From: Squalus acanthias
Lineage: Eukaryota
Assembly: GCA_030390025.1 (NCBI GenBank)
Contig: CM059432.1
Coordinates: 38,938,001-39,002,000 of the forward strand
DNA: 64,000 nucleotides
Reading direction: 5' to 3'
Part shown: in pieces, positions 11,735-23,296 of the stretch
Numbering within the stretch: position 1 is the first letter of the stretch
Layout of the letters: the number at the start of each line of letters is the position of its first letter
The notes under the pieces: model-generated
Told to the model about the DNA's origin: nothing
The model's database searches: none
Seen by the model: only the letters and a program-made list of their open reading frames with translations
Program-made: the position numbers and the translations under genes

Positions 11735-12566
11735 GGGGGCGATTTTGCCAATGGGGGCGCGTTGGAGGCGGGACTGCTGCTTGTCGGGTCGCTGTCCCGC
11801 CTCCATCGACTTGTGGCCAACCCACGCTATTTTCCTTTGATTGACCTTGTTAAGCCCGCCCAGCGGGCTTAGCAGGCCAATTAAGGGGAAGCCGATTACA
11901 GAGAACGTTAGCGTATGATGTTTCATCTGTCAAAAATTTTTGACAGATGAATTGTCATCATTTGACAGCTCTGTGAAGTTGTCAAACACTGACATTCTAT
12001 GTTGTTCGATGAGTCCTTGTATTCAAGACTCAGCAAACCTCTTTCTTTAGCAGAAATTAGATGGTTGTTGCATCGGTGAATGCAGCAGCCATCTGTCATC
12101 TCTGCCGGTGAGATGCGAGACTCTCCGCATCCTAACTGTTGAAGCCTGCAGGAAGAAACAAAGGTAAGTAAATATTTTCTATCACTTTCCACTCACCTCA
12201 CATACTTACCTCTCCACACTTGCACCCATCACTTACCTCCACAGCGCACTTTTGCACCCCTCCGACCCCCGCAGACCCACTGCTCGCCTCGGAGACCCTG
12301 GCGGGGTTTCCCGACGTCGGGAAGCCCGCGCCTCTGGTGGCAAAATGGGGATAATCCTCTTAACTGCCTGTTAACTACCTGTTAACTACCTGTTAACAGG
12401 CAGTTAAGTGGCTGTAATCCCCTTCCCGCCTCGAGGAGACGGGACCCGGCGTGGGATGGCACGGAGGCGAGTTGGGGGCGGGATAGGCACCCGCCCCCAA
12501 ATTCTGCCATTTTCACGGCAGTCCTGCCTCCATACCCGCCTCCCCAGGGCTGGCAAGATCGTGCCC
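11735..12566 (-). mobile_element. PIF/Harbinger MITE, family B variant
   Basis: TIRs GGGGGCGATTTTGCC / GGCAAGATCGTGCCC; homolog of 62256-62985. Confidence 0.85.
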
Positions 12567-13074
12567 ATAGTAAAATTATGTCAGATGTTTCTAGATGTTA
12601 GGAAAAAGGCTGTATTCTAATTATATATGCACACTTTAAATTATTAATTGCAATGATTATATAAAGCTTACACTTACAATATAATATACAATAGAGGGAA
12701 CTTATCAAATACATACATTCCCTCCATTGTATATTATATTGTATCAAATACTTATAAGAAGCTTTATTACAAAAATGGCTCTACTGTTTGTAGTACTGGT
12801 TAGAATATTTAACCAATTTTCAGATATTTTTATTCTCCAGTTCTATAACAAATTTTTCATTCATTTTTCCACATATAACACACTTTGACAGTTGTTTACT
12901 GGAAATATGTAGCTCTGGAAAACGCAATGGCATTTTTTGAATCAGAATGATCCTCTGACTGGAAAATCTGAAAGAAAGAAAGAACACTGCACTCTTACAG
13001 TGCTATATTATGTTCTCAGGACATCCCAAAGTGCTTTACAGCTAATGGATTACAAAGACACAGGTTTTAAAATT

Positions 13075-13857
13075 TTTAATTTATTCATTCATGGGATGTG
13101 GGCGTCGCTCCAAGGCCAACATTTATTGCCCATCCTTAATTGCCGAAGAGAAGGTGGAGGTGAGCTGCCTTCTTGAACTGCTGCAGTCCTTGTGGTGAAG
13201 GTAATCCCGCAGTGCTGTTAGGTCGGGAGTTCCAGGATTTTGACCCAGCAACGATGAAGGAACAGGGATATATTTCCAAGTCAGGATGGTGTGTGACTTG
13301 GAGGGGAATTTGGAGGTGGTGGTGTTCCCATGTGCCTGCTGCCCTTGTCCTTCTAGGTGGTAGAGGTCGCGGGTTTGGGATGTGCTGTCGAAGAAACCAT
13401 TGGCGAGTTGCTGCAGTGCATCTTGTAGATGGCACACACTGCAGCCACTTTGTGCCGGTGGTGGAGGGAGTGAATGTTTAAGGTGGTGGATGGGGTGTCA
13501 ATCAAGTGGACTGCTTTGTCCTGGATGGTGTTGAGCTTCTTGAGTGTTGTTGGAGCTGCACTCATCCAGGCAAGTGGAGAGTATTTCATCACACTCCTGA
13601 CTTGTGCCTTGTAGGTGGTGGAGAGACTTTGGGTGTGGAGGTGAGCCACTCGCCGCAGAATACCCAGCCTCTGACCTGCTCTAGTATTTATATGGCTGGT
13701 CCAGTTAAGTTTCTGGTCAATGGTGACCCCCATGATATTGATGGTGGGGCATTCGACAATGATAATGCCACTGAATGTCAAGAGGAAGTGGTTAGACTCT
13801 CTCTTGTTGGGGTTTATCATTGACTGGCACTTGTGTGGCGTGAATGTTACTTGCCAT
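13075..13857 (-). mobile_element. CR1-group LINE 3' fragment (ORF2 C-terminus and 3' UTR)
   Basis: PTINIMGVTIDQKLNWTSHINTRAGQRLGILRRV...YKAQVRSVMKYSPLAWMSAAPTTLKKLNTIQDKA. Confidence 0.88.
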
Positions 13858-15545
13858 TATTAATTACTGATCGCAAATACTGGGTAGAAGATGGAAGAGT
13901 ACTTGCATGATAATTAGGATACATAACCAGACTTTTTGGTAAAGTACTGAGTACAGTAGCAGGACAGGAAGCTTTAGAGGTAGTTATAGGAACACAGATA
14001 TAAAACAAGATTGAAAATGAAAAAACAGATCACAGCTTGTATTGTGTTTATTACCTAAGGGATTAAAGTTACATGTTGCACAGCATCAAATACTTAAAAC
14101 GATTTATAAGATTATAAAAAGACAGATCACGGCTTGCAATAAAGGCAACAGGCTATTACCTAAGGGATTATAGTAACTTGCTTTACCACATCAAAGCATC
14201 AAAAGCAGCCAGCCCTCATTATTTATTTAAATACTTTGAAAATTTTGATTTTTAAAGAAGTATATAAGAATGGATAGTTGATTTGTCATTCAGCTTTTTT
14301 CATAGTTCATCTTAGCTCTTATAAGTGTATGTAATTTTATTTCTAGTTTTATCTCCTTTCACCCCACTTTAATGTTATTCCACTTAAGCCTGGAGGCTGA
14401 GATCCATTTTGTCAGATATTTCCATGACTCCCCTCATTACAATTCAGTATCAGATTATGGAGAAAGAAGCTTTGAGGAGTGGGATGGGTCTCCCTGTTTG
14501 GATTTTCATTTCATATAGAATTTGAAATCTAACTTTGCTGCACTCCATTTAGACAATTAACCGAAAACTAGTGAAACTTGCTCATTACAATCCTCAGTAT
14601 TATTTGGCATTTTTAAAATATGTACCCAGTCATAGAATATTCATGAATTCAAAGTATTCTTTTAGCTCATTTAAATTACATTTTTCTTCAATTCCTTTTG
14701 ATCATCCTTGTACCATGCATAATTCACCCAGCTATAAGGAAGGTTATCTGCTCTGAGACTTCTGTCATTGGTGTTCCTGATCTGGCATCTAGAAATTGCA
14801 ACTTGGGTGCTGTCATTTTGAATTTATTGAAGTGCTTTCTGGATCCCTGTTGATTTTTCAAATGTTAATTGCTTTTTGTAGGCTGCTATTTTAGTTCACA
14901 CTTTTTGATCTTGGATCACACCGCTTCCTCTATTAATGAATCTTTTCAGCAAAATATGAAGCTTCGACACCCTGAAATGTGGCTTACATTTCTGTTTCCA
15001 TTTACGCAGTTTATCTATATTTATTATCAATGTAAACTAAGTCAGACTTCTTACCAAAGGTCAGGTGGGCCATTTTCAGTGTTAAGTCAGCAGAAATTCT
15101 TGTTGACGAAAGCACTTTCCTGCTGGCAGTGCTCTCACAGAATAGGAAAATTCAGTGCAAATGAGGGCATAATATGATAGCCCTAGATCTTCCTGTGTTC
15201 CTCCATCCAGTTCTGCCCAGTGCAAAGCTTGTATATTCCAAATGAGCATTAAAGGCCAGTAAGATTATGAACTGTTGAGAAAGGGTCTCTTAAAGCTACA
15301 CTTTTTTTCCTTGCCATGCCATTGCAAGATATGAAGTTTGTTTTCAATGGAACCCTATCACAGGATTTTGTGCAAGAGGATGAAGACAATCAAAGGAAGA
15401 TATGCCCTGGAGATCAGAAGGCACTGGAGCTGGCCTGGCCATCTGCACCATTATGCTACCAATGATATTTATAGGGAGAAAGAAAGCACCAACCTCAGGA
15501 CTTCTCAAAAGAGCTATACAGCCAATGAGGTACTTTAGAAATATA

Positions 15546-17291
15546 GGCCGCGATTTTGCCGGTGCTCAGGGAGGCGGGTCAGAGGTTAAAGTGCTATTGA
15601 TTGACGGCGGGTCCCGATCCTGCCATCAACCCACCTCCAAACAGCTTTCCCAAGTGTCAGGTACCCAATTTACGAATGGACCCGACACCTAGCGGCGGGA
15701 AACGGATTAAAGGCAATTACCTGCCTATTAACAGGTACTTGTCAGTAGTATTTAGCCTGTTTTTTGATTTTCCCGCTTCTGGGTCGGGTTTCCCGACGTC
15801 CGGACACCACGCCAGGTAAGTGTGGCATGTTGTGAGTCTGGTGTAATGTTTGTGAAAAGATGACAGCTGCAGAAGTGGTGTGAAGGATGCAATGTTGCAC
15901 ATGGTGAGTTTCAGAGCAAAGAAAATGTTGCTAACTGCATTTTTAAAACATTTACAGAGTTCTTTAGCTTACAAGTTTTTAAATCCAAGGGGGAGAAATT
16001 CAGTATCGCCCCGTTTAGGGCGCAGTTATCGGCCGGGCGCAAAGATTAGCGCCTGGCGCTAATTATCGCCTCTGACTGCAAACTTGACTTTTATCGCCCC
16101 TGGAGGTGATTGGAGCGCTAAACCAGGCGCTACACATCTGTCTTAAGGTGCAAAGGCCGAGGAGCGAGGCGCTAACTCAGAGTGCTGGCGAAGCTCATGT
16201 GATGTCAGTCAGCAATGGAACACACACACAATGGCGCCGGCCAGTTCTTAAAGGGTAGGGTTGATCTTGCTTTCCATCCACATCCTGCTCATTGCAGCCT
16301 TGAATCTCGGCCTGGAGAGACCTGTACATCAAATCTGCTGGAAAGAACAATGGAGAGACCCAGGGAAAGAGCTCAGAGTGCAACCCCCACAGTCTCTTCA
16401 AAATCGATACAAGGAAGGGCAAATCAAAAGGAACCTGCAAAGTGCTGCTCAGTACCCAAAACTCCTTCACACAGCGTTGAATCTCTCCAGAAGTCTCTCT
16501 CTCTCTTTCTCAGAATGTGTGGTTCAAAAATGTCACCAACAAAAAAAGGCAGGAAGCGGTCGCCTTTAAATAGCGCTCCCCCAGTCCCTTCTTGACTGCA
16601 AAACGCTCCACTCAACCTGTTGTTGCTAGCAGCAGGCGGTAAGGCAGGGGGCGCCACTCAATATCCGCTCCGGGGCGCTACCGGGGCGTTGCGCACTCGA
16701 CTGACGTCACGATCTGCCGGCGCAGGAGATCATGGCGGTAGTGTTTAGTGCCAGCGCAAAACATCTAGTTAATTTTGCGAGCGGCGCAAACATCGTCGCG
16801 CCCAGGCGCTAGTTGCTTTGCGCCCCATTAGCGCCCTATTAAGGCGCTAACGGGAGGCGCAACCAACTGAATTTTTCCCCCCAACTATATGTCCAGTGCC
16901 ACCTCATTGGGAGAACCTCTCTCACCAGTGACAGATCACTTCTGTCACCTCACCTGCAGCTGCCATCTGTTCCAGCATATGGAGGGAGTCATTGGAGAGC
17001 CTGGGTGCAAGAGTTCACCTTTGTGCAGTGATTGTCAGTGTTTTCAGCACCTCAATGCTGTCAAACACTGAGAAATCAACTGTCAAAATAAAATTGTGCA
17101 TGGTCCCTTTAAGGAAATCGGCAGATGACGCATCATCAAATGACGTCAGCAGACCCGCTTCCTGTTAATTGGTCGGTAAGGTCAATCAAGGGAAAATCAC
17201 ATCTGTGGAGCGGAGGCAGCTGGGGGCGGGACTGGAACCCGGAAACCAGCTGTCCCGCACCCATCCTGACACCGATCACAAAATCGCGGCC
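15546..17291 (-). mobile_element. Harbinger deletion derivative, host of the nested MITE at 15989-16881
   Basis: 13-bp TIRs GGCCGCGATTTTG / CAAAATCGCGGCC. Segment 16890-17190 resembles 56400-56495 and 58010-58200. Confidence 0.8.
15989..16881 (+). mobile_element. PIF/Harbinger MITE, family D (893 bp, CpG-rich)
   Basis: TIRs GGGGGAGAAATTCAG / CTGAATTTTTCCCCC; TSD CAA; same-length inverted copy at 47724-48616. Confidence 0.92.
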
Positions 17292-17334
17292 AAAGTCACT
17301 GTTGTAATGTAGGAGGAGAGAAGACCACTATAGT

Positions 17335-17510
17335 AATGATATTGTCAGTGGCAGTCAAGATTTTTTATCCCTTTACCTCCTTTCCCACTGAACAACAGAA
17401 GTTATGATGTGGCTGCCCAACTTCGCCACACTGCTGAATTTCCCAGTATATTGGAGGTCATTGATGATGCCCATGTGACAATCCAAGTTCCAGCTCCTCT
17501 TTTTGGCATC
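17335..17510 (+). pseudogene. Harbinger transposase fragment
   Basis: AEFPSILEVIDDAHVTIQVP resembles the GFPxVxGxIDCTHVxI motif. Confidence 0.55.
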
Positions 17511-17695
17511 ACCGCTTGCTGTTACTCAGCTATGCACTGTGACTTACTCAGGGCAGTCTCCTCAATTTCACTACCTGCATCATATGGCACATGTGGTGCT
17601 GATTGTAAGAGTGATTCAAAATGCTGTGATGTGCTGATTTGCTCTGAGTAATTAGCCATGTTGTCAGGATGCTCTCCCAGGCCTATAATAGTAGA

Positions 17696-17950
17696 CAAAA
17701 ATGAGAAGTCGCACAACACCAGGTTATAGTCCAACAGATTTATTTAATTTTACAAGCTTTCGGAGCTGTCGCTCCTTCGTCAGGTAAGTTAGCAATGAGA
17801 GAATCTCTCATTGCTAACTTACCTGACGAAGGAGCGACAGCTCCGAAAGCTTGTAAAATTAAATAAATCTGTTGGACTATAACCTGGTGTTGTGCGACTT
17901 CTCATTTTTGTCCACCCCAGTCCAACGCCGGCATCTCCACATCATGACCT
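17696..17950 (+). mobile_element. Penelope-like element terminus in fold-back form
   Basis: Perfect palindrome at 17694-17912 plus the tail CCCCAGTCCAACGCCGGCATCTCCACATCATG; TSD CTATAATAGTAGA at 17683-17695 and 17951-17963. Confidence 0.8.
17823..17854 (+). ncRNA. Minimal hammerhead-ribozyme-like motif (PLE type), mirrored on the minus strand
   Basis: CTGACGA-A-GGAGC-GACA-GCTCC-GAAA-GCTTGT gives a CUGANGA box, stem II, a GAAA box and palindromic AAGCTT. Stem I is not evident. Confidence 0.6.
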
Positions 17951-17964
17951 CTATAATAGTAGAA

Positions 17965-18372
17965 GAAGATAACATGCATTCTAGGTTGTCGCAGGAATTC
18001 AGAGAGGAGATAGCAGAGTTCTCCTTACATATGCAAATTGTGCCAGGGTACTGTAGGGTAGTTAGTGTAACACCTCTGTTCAAGAAGGGAAAGAAGGATA
18101 AACAGGGTAATGTCAGTTTTGGGCAAAACCTTAAAATCCATAAATGCTAACAGCACTCGTGAGCATCTAGAAATGCATGTGATAATCAAGGAAATGGATT
18201 TGTTGAAGGCTAGTTGGGTTTGGCAAATTTAGAGTTTTTTGAAGAAATGACTGATTGGATAAATAAAGAGAGTGAACTGGTTGTTTTCAGAACAGAAATA
18301 ATGATGTAGTATATATGGATTTTCAAAAGGATTTTGATAAGATGTCTCAAGAGGCTTGTTACAAAAATTGTT
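17965..18372 (+). mobile_element. Old CR1 RT fragment
   Basis: RVVSVTPLFKKGKKDKQGN, plus decayed EFFEE and VVYMDFQK.FDK-like sequence. Confidence 0.7.
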
Positions 18373-18374
18373 CA

Positions 18375-18830
18375 GCTGACCTCACTTGATAGAGCTGGTG
18401 ACCTTTGGCTGTAGGCAATTGTTGGTGCTCTCCGGCTTTCTTGCCATCCTCTATCCCACTTCCTCGCCATCCTCTGTGCCATCAGTGTCCTCTCCTTCAT
18501 CATGCTTAAGTCTTTTGTCCAGTGATGGTTCCATGTGTTGTTTCCATTGCAGATCAAATTATGCAGCTTACCATTATCCTACTCTGAATCACTCTGACTT
18601 CAAGCAGACTAATATCTCCTGTGGCAGCCTGAAAGGAGCCAGAGGTTGAGGGCTGCAGTGACCTTGTCTGCAACAAGCAGTGCTGTGCTCATTTAGCAGA
18701 TGGTTGCAGGTCTTTTTTTGCAGGAGGTGACTCAACTCTGAGAAGAAGAAAAGCCCCTTTATACTATTCCTGAGAACTGCAAGTATGTTGCCTTGGGCCT
18801 ATAAACTGTGTTGGGAGAGTAAGGATTTCT
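18375..18830 (-). pseudogene. Internally deleted Harbinger transposase remnant
   Basis: The minus strand reads GSFQAATGDIS and an acidic C-terminal-like tail. Confidence 0.55.
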
Positions 18831-20404
18831 GCGAGCATGCCTCCTTCTATTTGCTCCTTTTTCCTGTTGCTCCTGCTCCTCCATCTCTCGCCAGAGTGGG
18901 ATTCCCAGACGGACCCCATGAAAAAATAATGTGGTCAGAAGTCACTTAAGCGTTCAAAATGTTCTATAATAATGAGCACTCTGACACTGTCTTAGTAGCA
19001 AAAATAATGATCTAAGTCAAGCAAAATGTCTCCCAAAATTTTCTGCAGTTTTATCTGAGAACAGCTGAGGATCCCTTTACTGTTGCTGGAAATGGCCGCC
19101 TCTCGACTTGTCCTGCCCGTGGTTTGTTAGCAGGATCAGAAACTGGTGATAGCAATGTGGGCAGACAAAAATAGCGTTGGGTTGTAACAACATAATTTTA
19201 CTCCAATTAGCATACTAGTGAGGCTCCTGCCAGTTTCCAACGGGAGCTCTGGCCATCTTGATCAACATTCGCCCAAACAAACTGGTTCCGGACCAATTTT
19301 CAGCTATTCCACTCCAGGGATGTATGACTTGTACTCTAAAAAGGAGCAGAATCTTATGCTTAAACTCTCAGGAGGTCTGACATTTTTAAAATTGTGGCTT
19401 CACATCTTGCTGTAGTTACACTACACATAATGTGTACTTCAACTGATGTGAGATTACTTACTCTGGGTGCTTTTATATCTTTCACTTTAGTGCATTTATT
19501 AGTCAAAATGCAGATCTGATTCCTGAGCTATATGGCCACTTTTGCATTGATATGCACCCAAAACTGCTTCACATCAACGTGAAAGTGGCAGTATAACGGC
19601 ACCCTAACAGAGTTAGACTCTACTAGTTCTACCGAGGTGTATATTCTCTGAAGTAAAATCTCCTAACATCCTAAGCTTGATTGCATCTACCCAATTACAA
19701 TCATGTTGAATATGTGTGATGATGTGCTCAAAATACAAACAAGGATCAAAACGTTTCAGACATATTAGATCTTATGCTTTGATTGTTAATGCTGTTGTTG
19801 TTAGATATTCAGCACACTTGGTGGGTCTAACAGACATTTAAGCTAAAGCTTGTGCATCCTTGAGTGTACTCTGTGCTCACGTGCTGGAATAAAAGGTAGG
19901 CCACATGCTTTCTTAAGGAATACTTTGTCAAAGGAATCAGGAAACAGAATAGTGCATGGCACTGTTGAGTGGGACTGCTGAAGAGCATCCTGATGTCACT
20001 TTAAGTGGCACTTCAGATTCTTCCTGCTCTCACAGATAAACCATCAGTGAGGATTTTACTTAGACCTGTTCTATGCTGTCTCTTCAATCGATCTTATTTC
20101 TAGTCTACCTTTTTTTCTCCTTGCAATCATTCTTGTGATTACTCTCTCCATAAGAAAGGTGATCCTTCTTACCCTTCTAATTACTGCCATTTGCCCCTTA
20201 CTTTCTAAAAGGATCATTTTCAGACTTCCTGATTCTGGCCTTGTTTGCTGGAATCAAAGAGCAAATTTGGGTGCACACTGCATGTGATTTTTTGACCATA
20301 TAAATGATTGGTTGGAGAATCACATGCACCACGAGCCCAAGGTCCCAACATGCACTGCTGTGAGGCGGGGCTCCCCCTCAGTAGTGTAAAGTCAGAATAT
20401 TACC

Positions 20405-20580
20405 CCTTAAAATTATGGAAATTAATGTGAGCTCTCAAATTATCCATCATATTGAAAGTTTGAGCCTAAAACAGGGCTTTCAGCATGGTCATTCCACTGG
20501 CGAGCTAGTCTCTCATGTTGTGCATCTCTGGAACTCTGCCCTTGAACACTTTGGTGAATTATCAGTTGTTATCTTGGGCA
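20405..20580 (+). mobile_element. Ancient non-LTR RT fragment
   Basis: KQGFQHGHSTGELVSHVVHLWNSALEHFGELSVVIL resembles RT domains 2-3 (QxGFR.GRST.D). Confidence 0.6.
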
Positions 20581-20644
20581 GGACACCATGCACTTCTAAA
20601 CAAGTTAACATCACATAGCTTCCCAACAAAACTGCACTCATTTT

Positions 20645-20816
20645 AGCCTAGAAATTATGTTGCGGGAGATTAACCGATGAACTCTTTAAGTCATTCCTAT
20701 GAAATTACGGAAATGTTAACTGTTTAAATTAAATGAGTTCGCACCTCTTTAAAATAAGTAATTTCATAGAAACATTTCATTCAACCACTAATATTGCACG
20801 GTGTAATTTCTAGGCT
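20645..20816. mobile_element. Short palindromic MITE
   Basis: Ends AGCCTAGAAATTA / TAATTTCTAGGCT; internal CTATGAAATTAC / GTAATTTCATAG. Confidence 0.7.
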
Positions 20817-21264
20817 CTAGTTTCCTCATTTCACCTGTGCTGTCACTGATGACTCATCCTTTGCCTTTTTTTCAAGGGTTCCACAAGGCTTGATCCTGGT
20901 ACTCTGGTCCTTCTTCACATTGTTTTTATCAGCTCTTCAAAGATCTAACTATAGACCGTGTCCCACATTTATAATGGAAACTGCCTATGTAAACTTGTCA
21001 TGCTGTAATTACACCTCTTCCTCCCCCAGGGATGAGGTATGCGGGTCTTTACGTCCAATACTTCATGAACATCATGGAGTTCCATTCTTCAATGTGCAGT
21101 TGGTCTGTGACCATAAACACAAATATGTGAATGCCTGTTACCCTTAATCTACAGCAAACTATAGTGCTGCCATTATTTGAATGGACAGGAAGACTGGACA
21201 GGTGGCTCATTGGGGACCAAATTACCCCCTATTACCCTGGCTCCTGACCCCTTAGAAAGAAAGA

Positions 21265-21410
21265 AAGAACTTTTGAAGTGTAGTCATTGTTGTAATGTAG
21301 GAAACGTGGCAGCCAATTTGCGCACAGCAAGCTCCCACAAACAGCAATGTGATAATGACCAGATAATCTGTTTTTGTTATGTTGATTGAGGGATAAATAT
21401 TGGCCAGGAC
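21265..21410 (-). mobile_element. Deu-domain SINE fragment
   Basis: Reverse complement of 4495-4640. Confidence 0.8.
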
Positions 21411-21689
21411 AGCCATTGACTATGTCCCTGTCCATTAATTTAAAAGGATGGATAATTGGGTGGGCTCCCTTTTTGGTGTGTGTTTCTACCGGCTTGATTT
21501 TCCTGTATTCGCCCCACCCAGGTGAACCACTACCCTCAGGTGCAGGATCAGGAACATTTACCTCTCTATCTCAACAGCCACTTGTGTTAAGGTCAGACTT
21601 CCATTTGTTTATGATCTTGTTTACTTTCTGTTCTCTCTGTTGCACCACTCTTAACAATCTTACCATTTGGGTTTACTTCTTTTCACTCT

Positions 21690-21860
21690 TCTTTCTCCCA
21701 AAATGTGCTACTTCATATTTCTCTGCATTGAACTGCATCTGCCACTTCTCTGCCTATGCCTTCAAAGTGCCTCTGTCCCCCTGTAATCTCCTGCGTTGTT
21801 CTGCACAGTTTCCCATGCCCCCAATTTGATGTCATTAGCAAACTTCAATTATCATTCTTT
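21690..21860 (-). mobile_element. Old CR1 RT fragment
   Basis: The minus strand reads KFANDIKLG...WQMQFNAEKYEVAHFG. Confidence 0.7.
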
Positions 21861-22039
21861 TTGTGTCTATGTTCAAATCTACCTCTCTCTACCTATATGT
21901 TAAAAATCTTATATCTACATACTTCATGTCAACTTTTTCCATTATAAATCTCTATGTCCACATTTATAATTGAAACTACTTTTATAAATTTGTCACTCTG
22001 TAATTACACCTTTTCGCAGTGGAGGTGCGGCAGGGCCGG

Positions 22040-23264
22040 GTACTGTAAAGTAGTGGTTGTTACTGGACTAATAATCCAGAGGATGTAAATTCAAATCCTA
22101 ACATGGCAGTTTGAGAATTTGAATTCAGTTAAAAAAAATCTAGAAATAATTTTAAAGGGGTGCAGGAACAGAGAGTCCTGGGGGTTCACATGTACAAATC
22201 TTTGAATGTGACAGGACAAGTTGATAAGGCTGTTAAAAAAACACATGGGATCCTGGGCTTTATAAATAGAGGCACAGCAAGGAAGTTATGCTAAATCTTT
22301 ATAAAGCACGGGTTAGACCTCAGCTGGAGTGTTGTGGTCATTTCTGGGCACCACACTTAGGAAGGATGTCAAGGCCTTGGAAAGGGTGTAGAGGAGATTT
22401 ACTGGAATGGCACGAGGGATGAGGGATTTCAGTTATGTGGAGAAACTGGAGTAACTGGGATTGTTCTCCTTAGAGCAGAGAAGGTTAAGAGGAGATTTAA
22501 TAAAGGTCTGCAAAATTGAGGCATTTTGATAGTTTAAATAAGGAGAAACAGTTTCCACTGGCAGGAGGGTCAGTAACCAGAGGACACAGATTTAAGGTAA
22601 TTGATAAAGAACCAGAAGGGAGATGAGGAGAATTTATTTTACACTGTTAGTTGTTATGATCTGGAACACACTGTCTGAACGGGTGGTGGAAGCAGATTCA
22701 ATAGACACTTTCAAAAGGGAATTCAATATATACTTGAAAAGAAAACAAATGCAGGGCTTTGGGGAAAGAGCAGGGGAGTGGGACTAATTGGATAGATTTT
22801 TCAAAGAGCTGGTACAGGCACAATGGTCTGAATGGCCTCCTTCTGTGCTGTATGATTTTCTGATTCTATGAATAAAAAAAGCTGGTATCAGTAAAAGCGA
22901 CCATGATGCTGTTGGTTTGTCATAAATATCTAATTGGTTCACTAATCTCCTGTAGGGAAGGAAACCTGCCCTCTTTACCTGGTCTAGTCTATATATGACT
23001 CCAATCCCATAGCAACGTGCTTGACACTTAACTCTGAAGTAGCCTATGAAACCACTATAATGAATAACAAGAACAAAACTGGATGGGATCATTTGGCTGT
23101 GACTCTCACATTGAATCAGGACACTGAAATTATACCTTTGTCCAGGTGGAAGTGCTGCAGTGCTGGGACTCAGGACATGATGAAAGCATACCCAGCCCAG
23201 TCGACCCTGCAAAGACCTCATCAGTAACATCTGGGGACTGATACCCAAGTTGGAACAGCTATCA
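22040..23264 (+). mobile_element. tRNA-like SINE head continuing into the start of a LINE APE-endonuclease frame (interrupted by the CR1 at 22146-22871)
   Basis: The head matches 4878-5040. Segment 23193-23264 reads QPSRPCKDLISNIWGLIPKLEQLS. Confidence 0.6.
22146..22871 (+). mobile_element. CR1 LINE 3' fragment
   Basis: ILKGVQEQR.LGVH...LYKA.VRPQLECCGHFWAP, followed by the CR1 3' UTR and a TATGATT-type tail. Confidence 0.9.
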
Positions 23265-23296
23265 GGTGTCAGTTTTGGCTCAGTGGTAGCACTCTT
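23265..23296 (+). mobile_element. Deu-SINE head, split by a CR1; the body resumes at 25249
   Basis: GTGTCAGTTTTGGCTCAGTGGTAGCACTCT. Confidence 0.8.

Noticed and set aside
16215..16595. ORFs repeated at 48036-48390, suggesting a duplicated gene
   Set aside because: Both lie within copies of the same MITE and show no recognisable domain.
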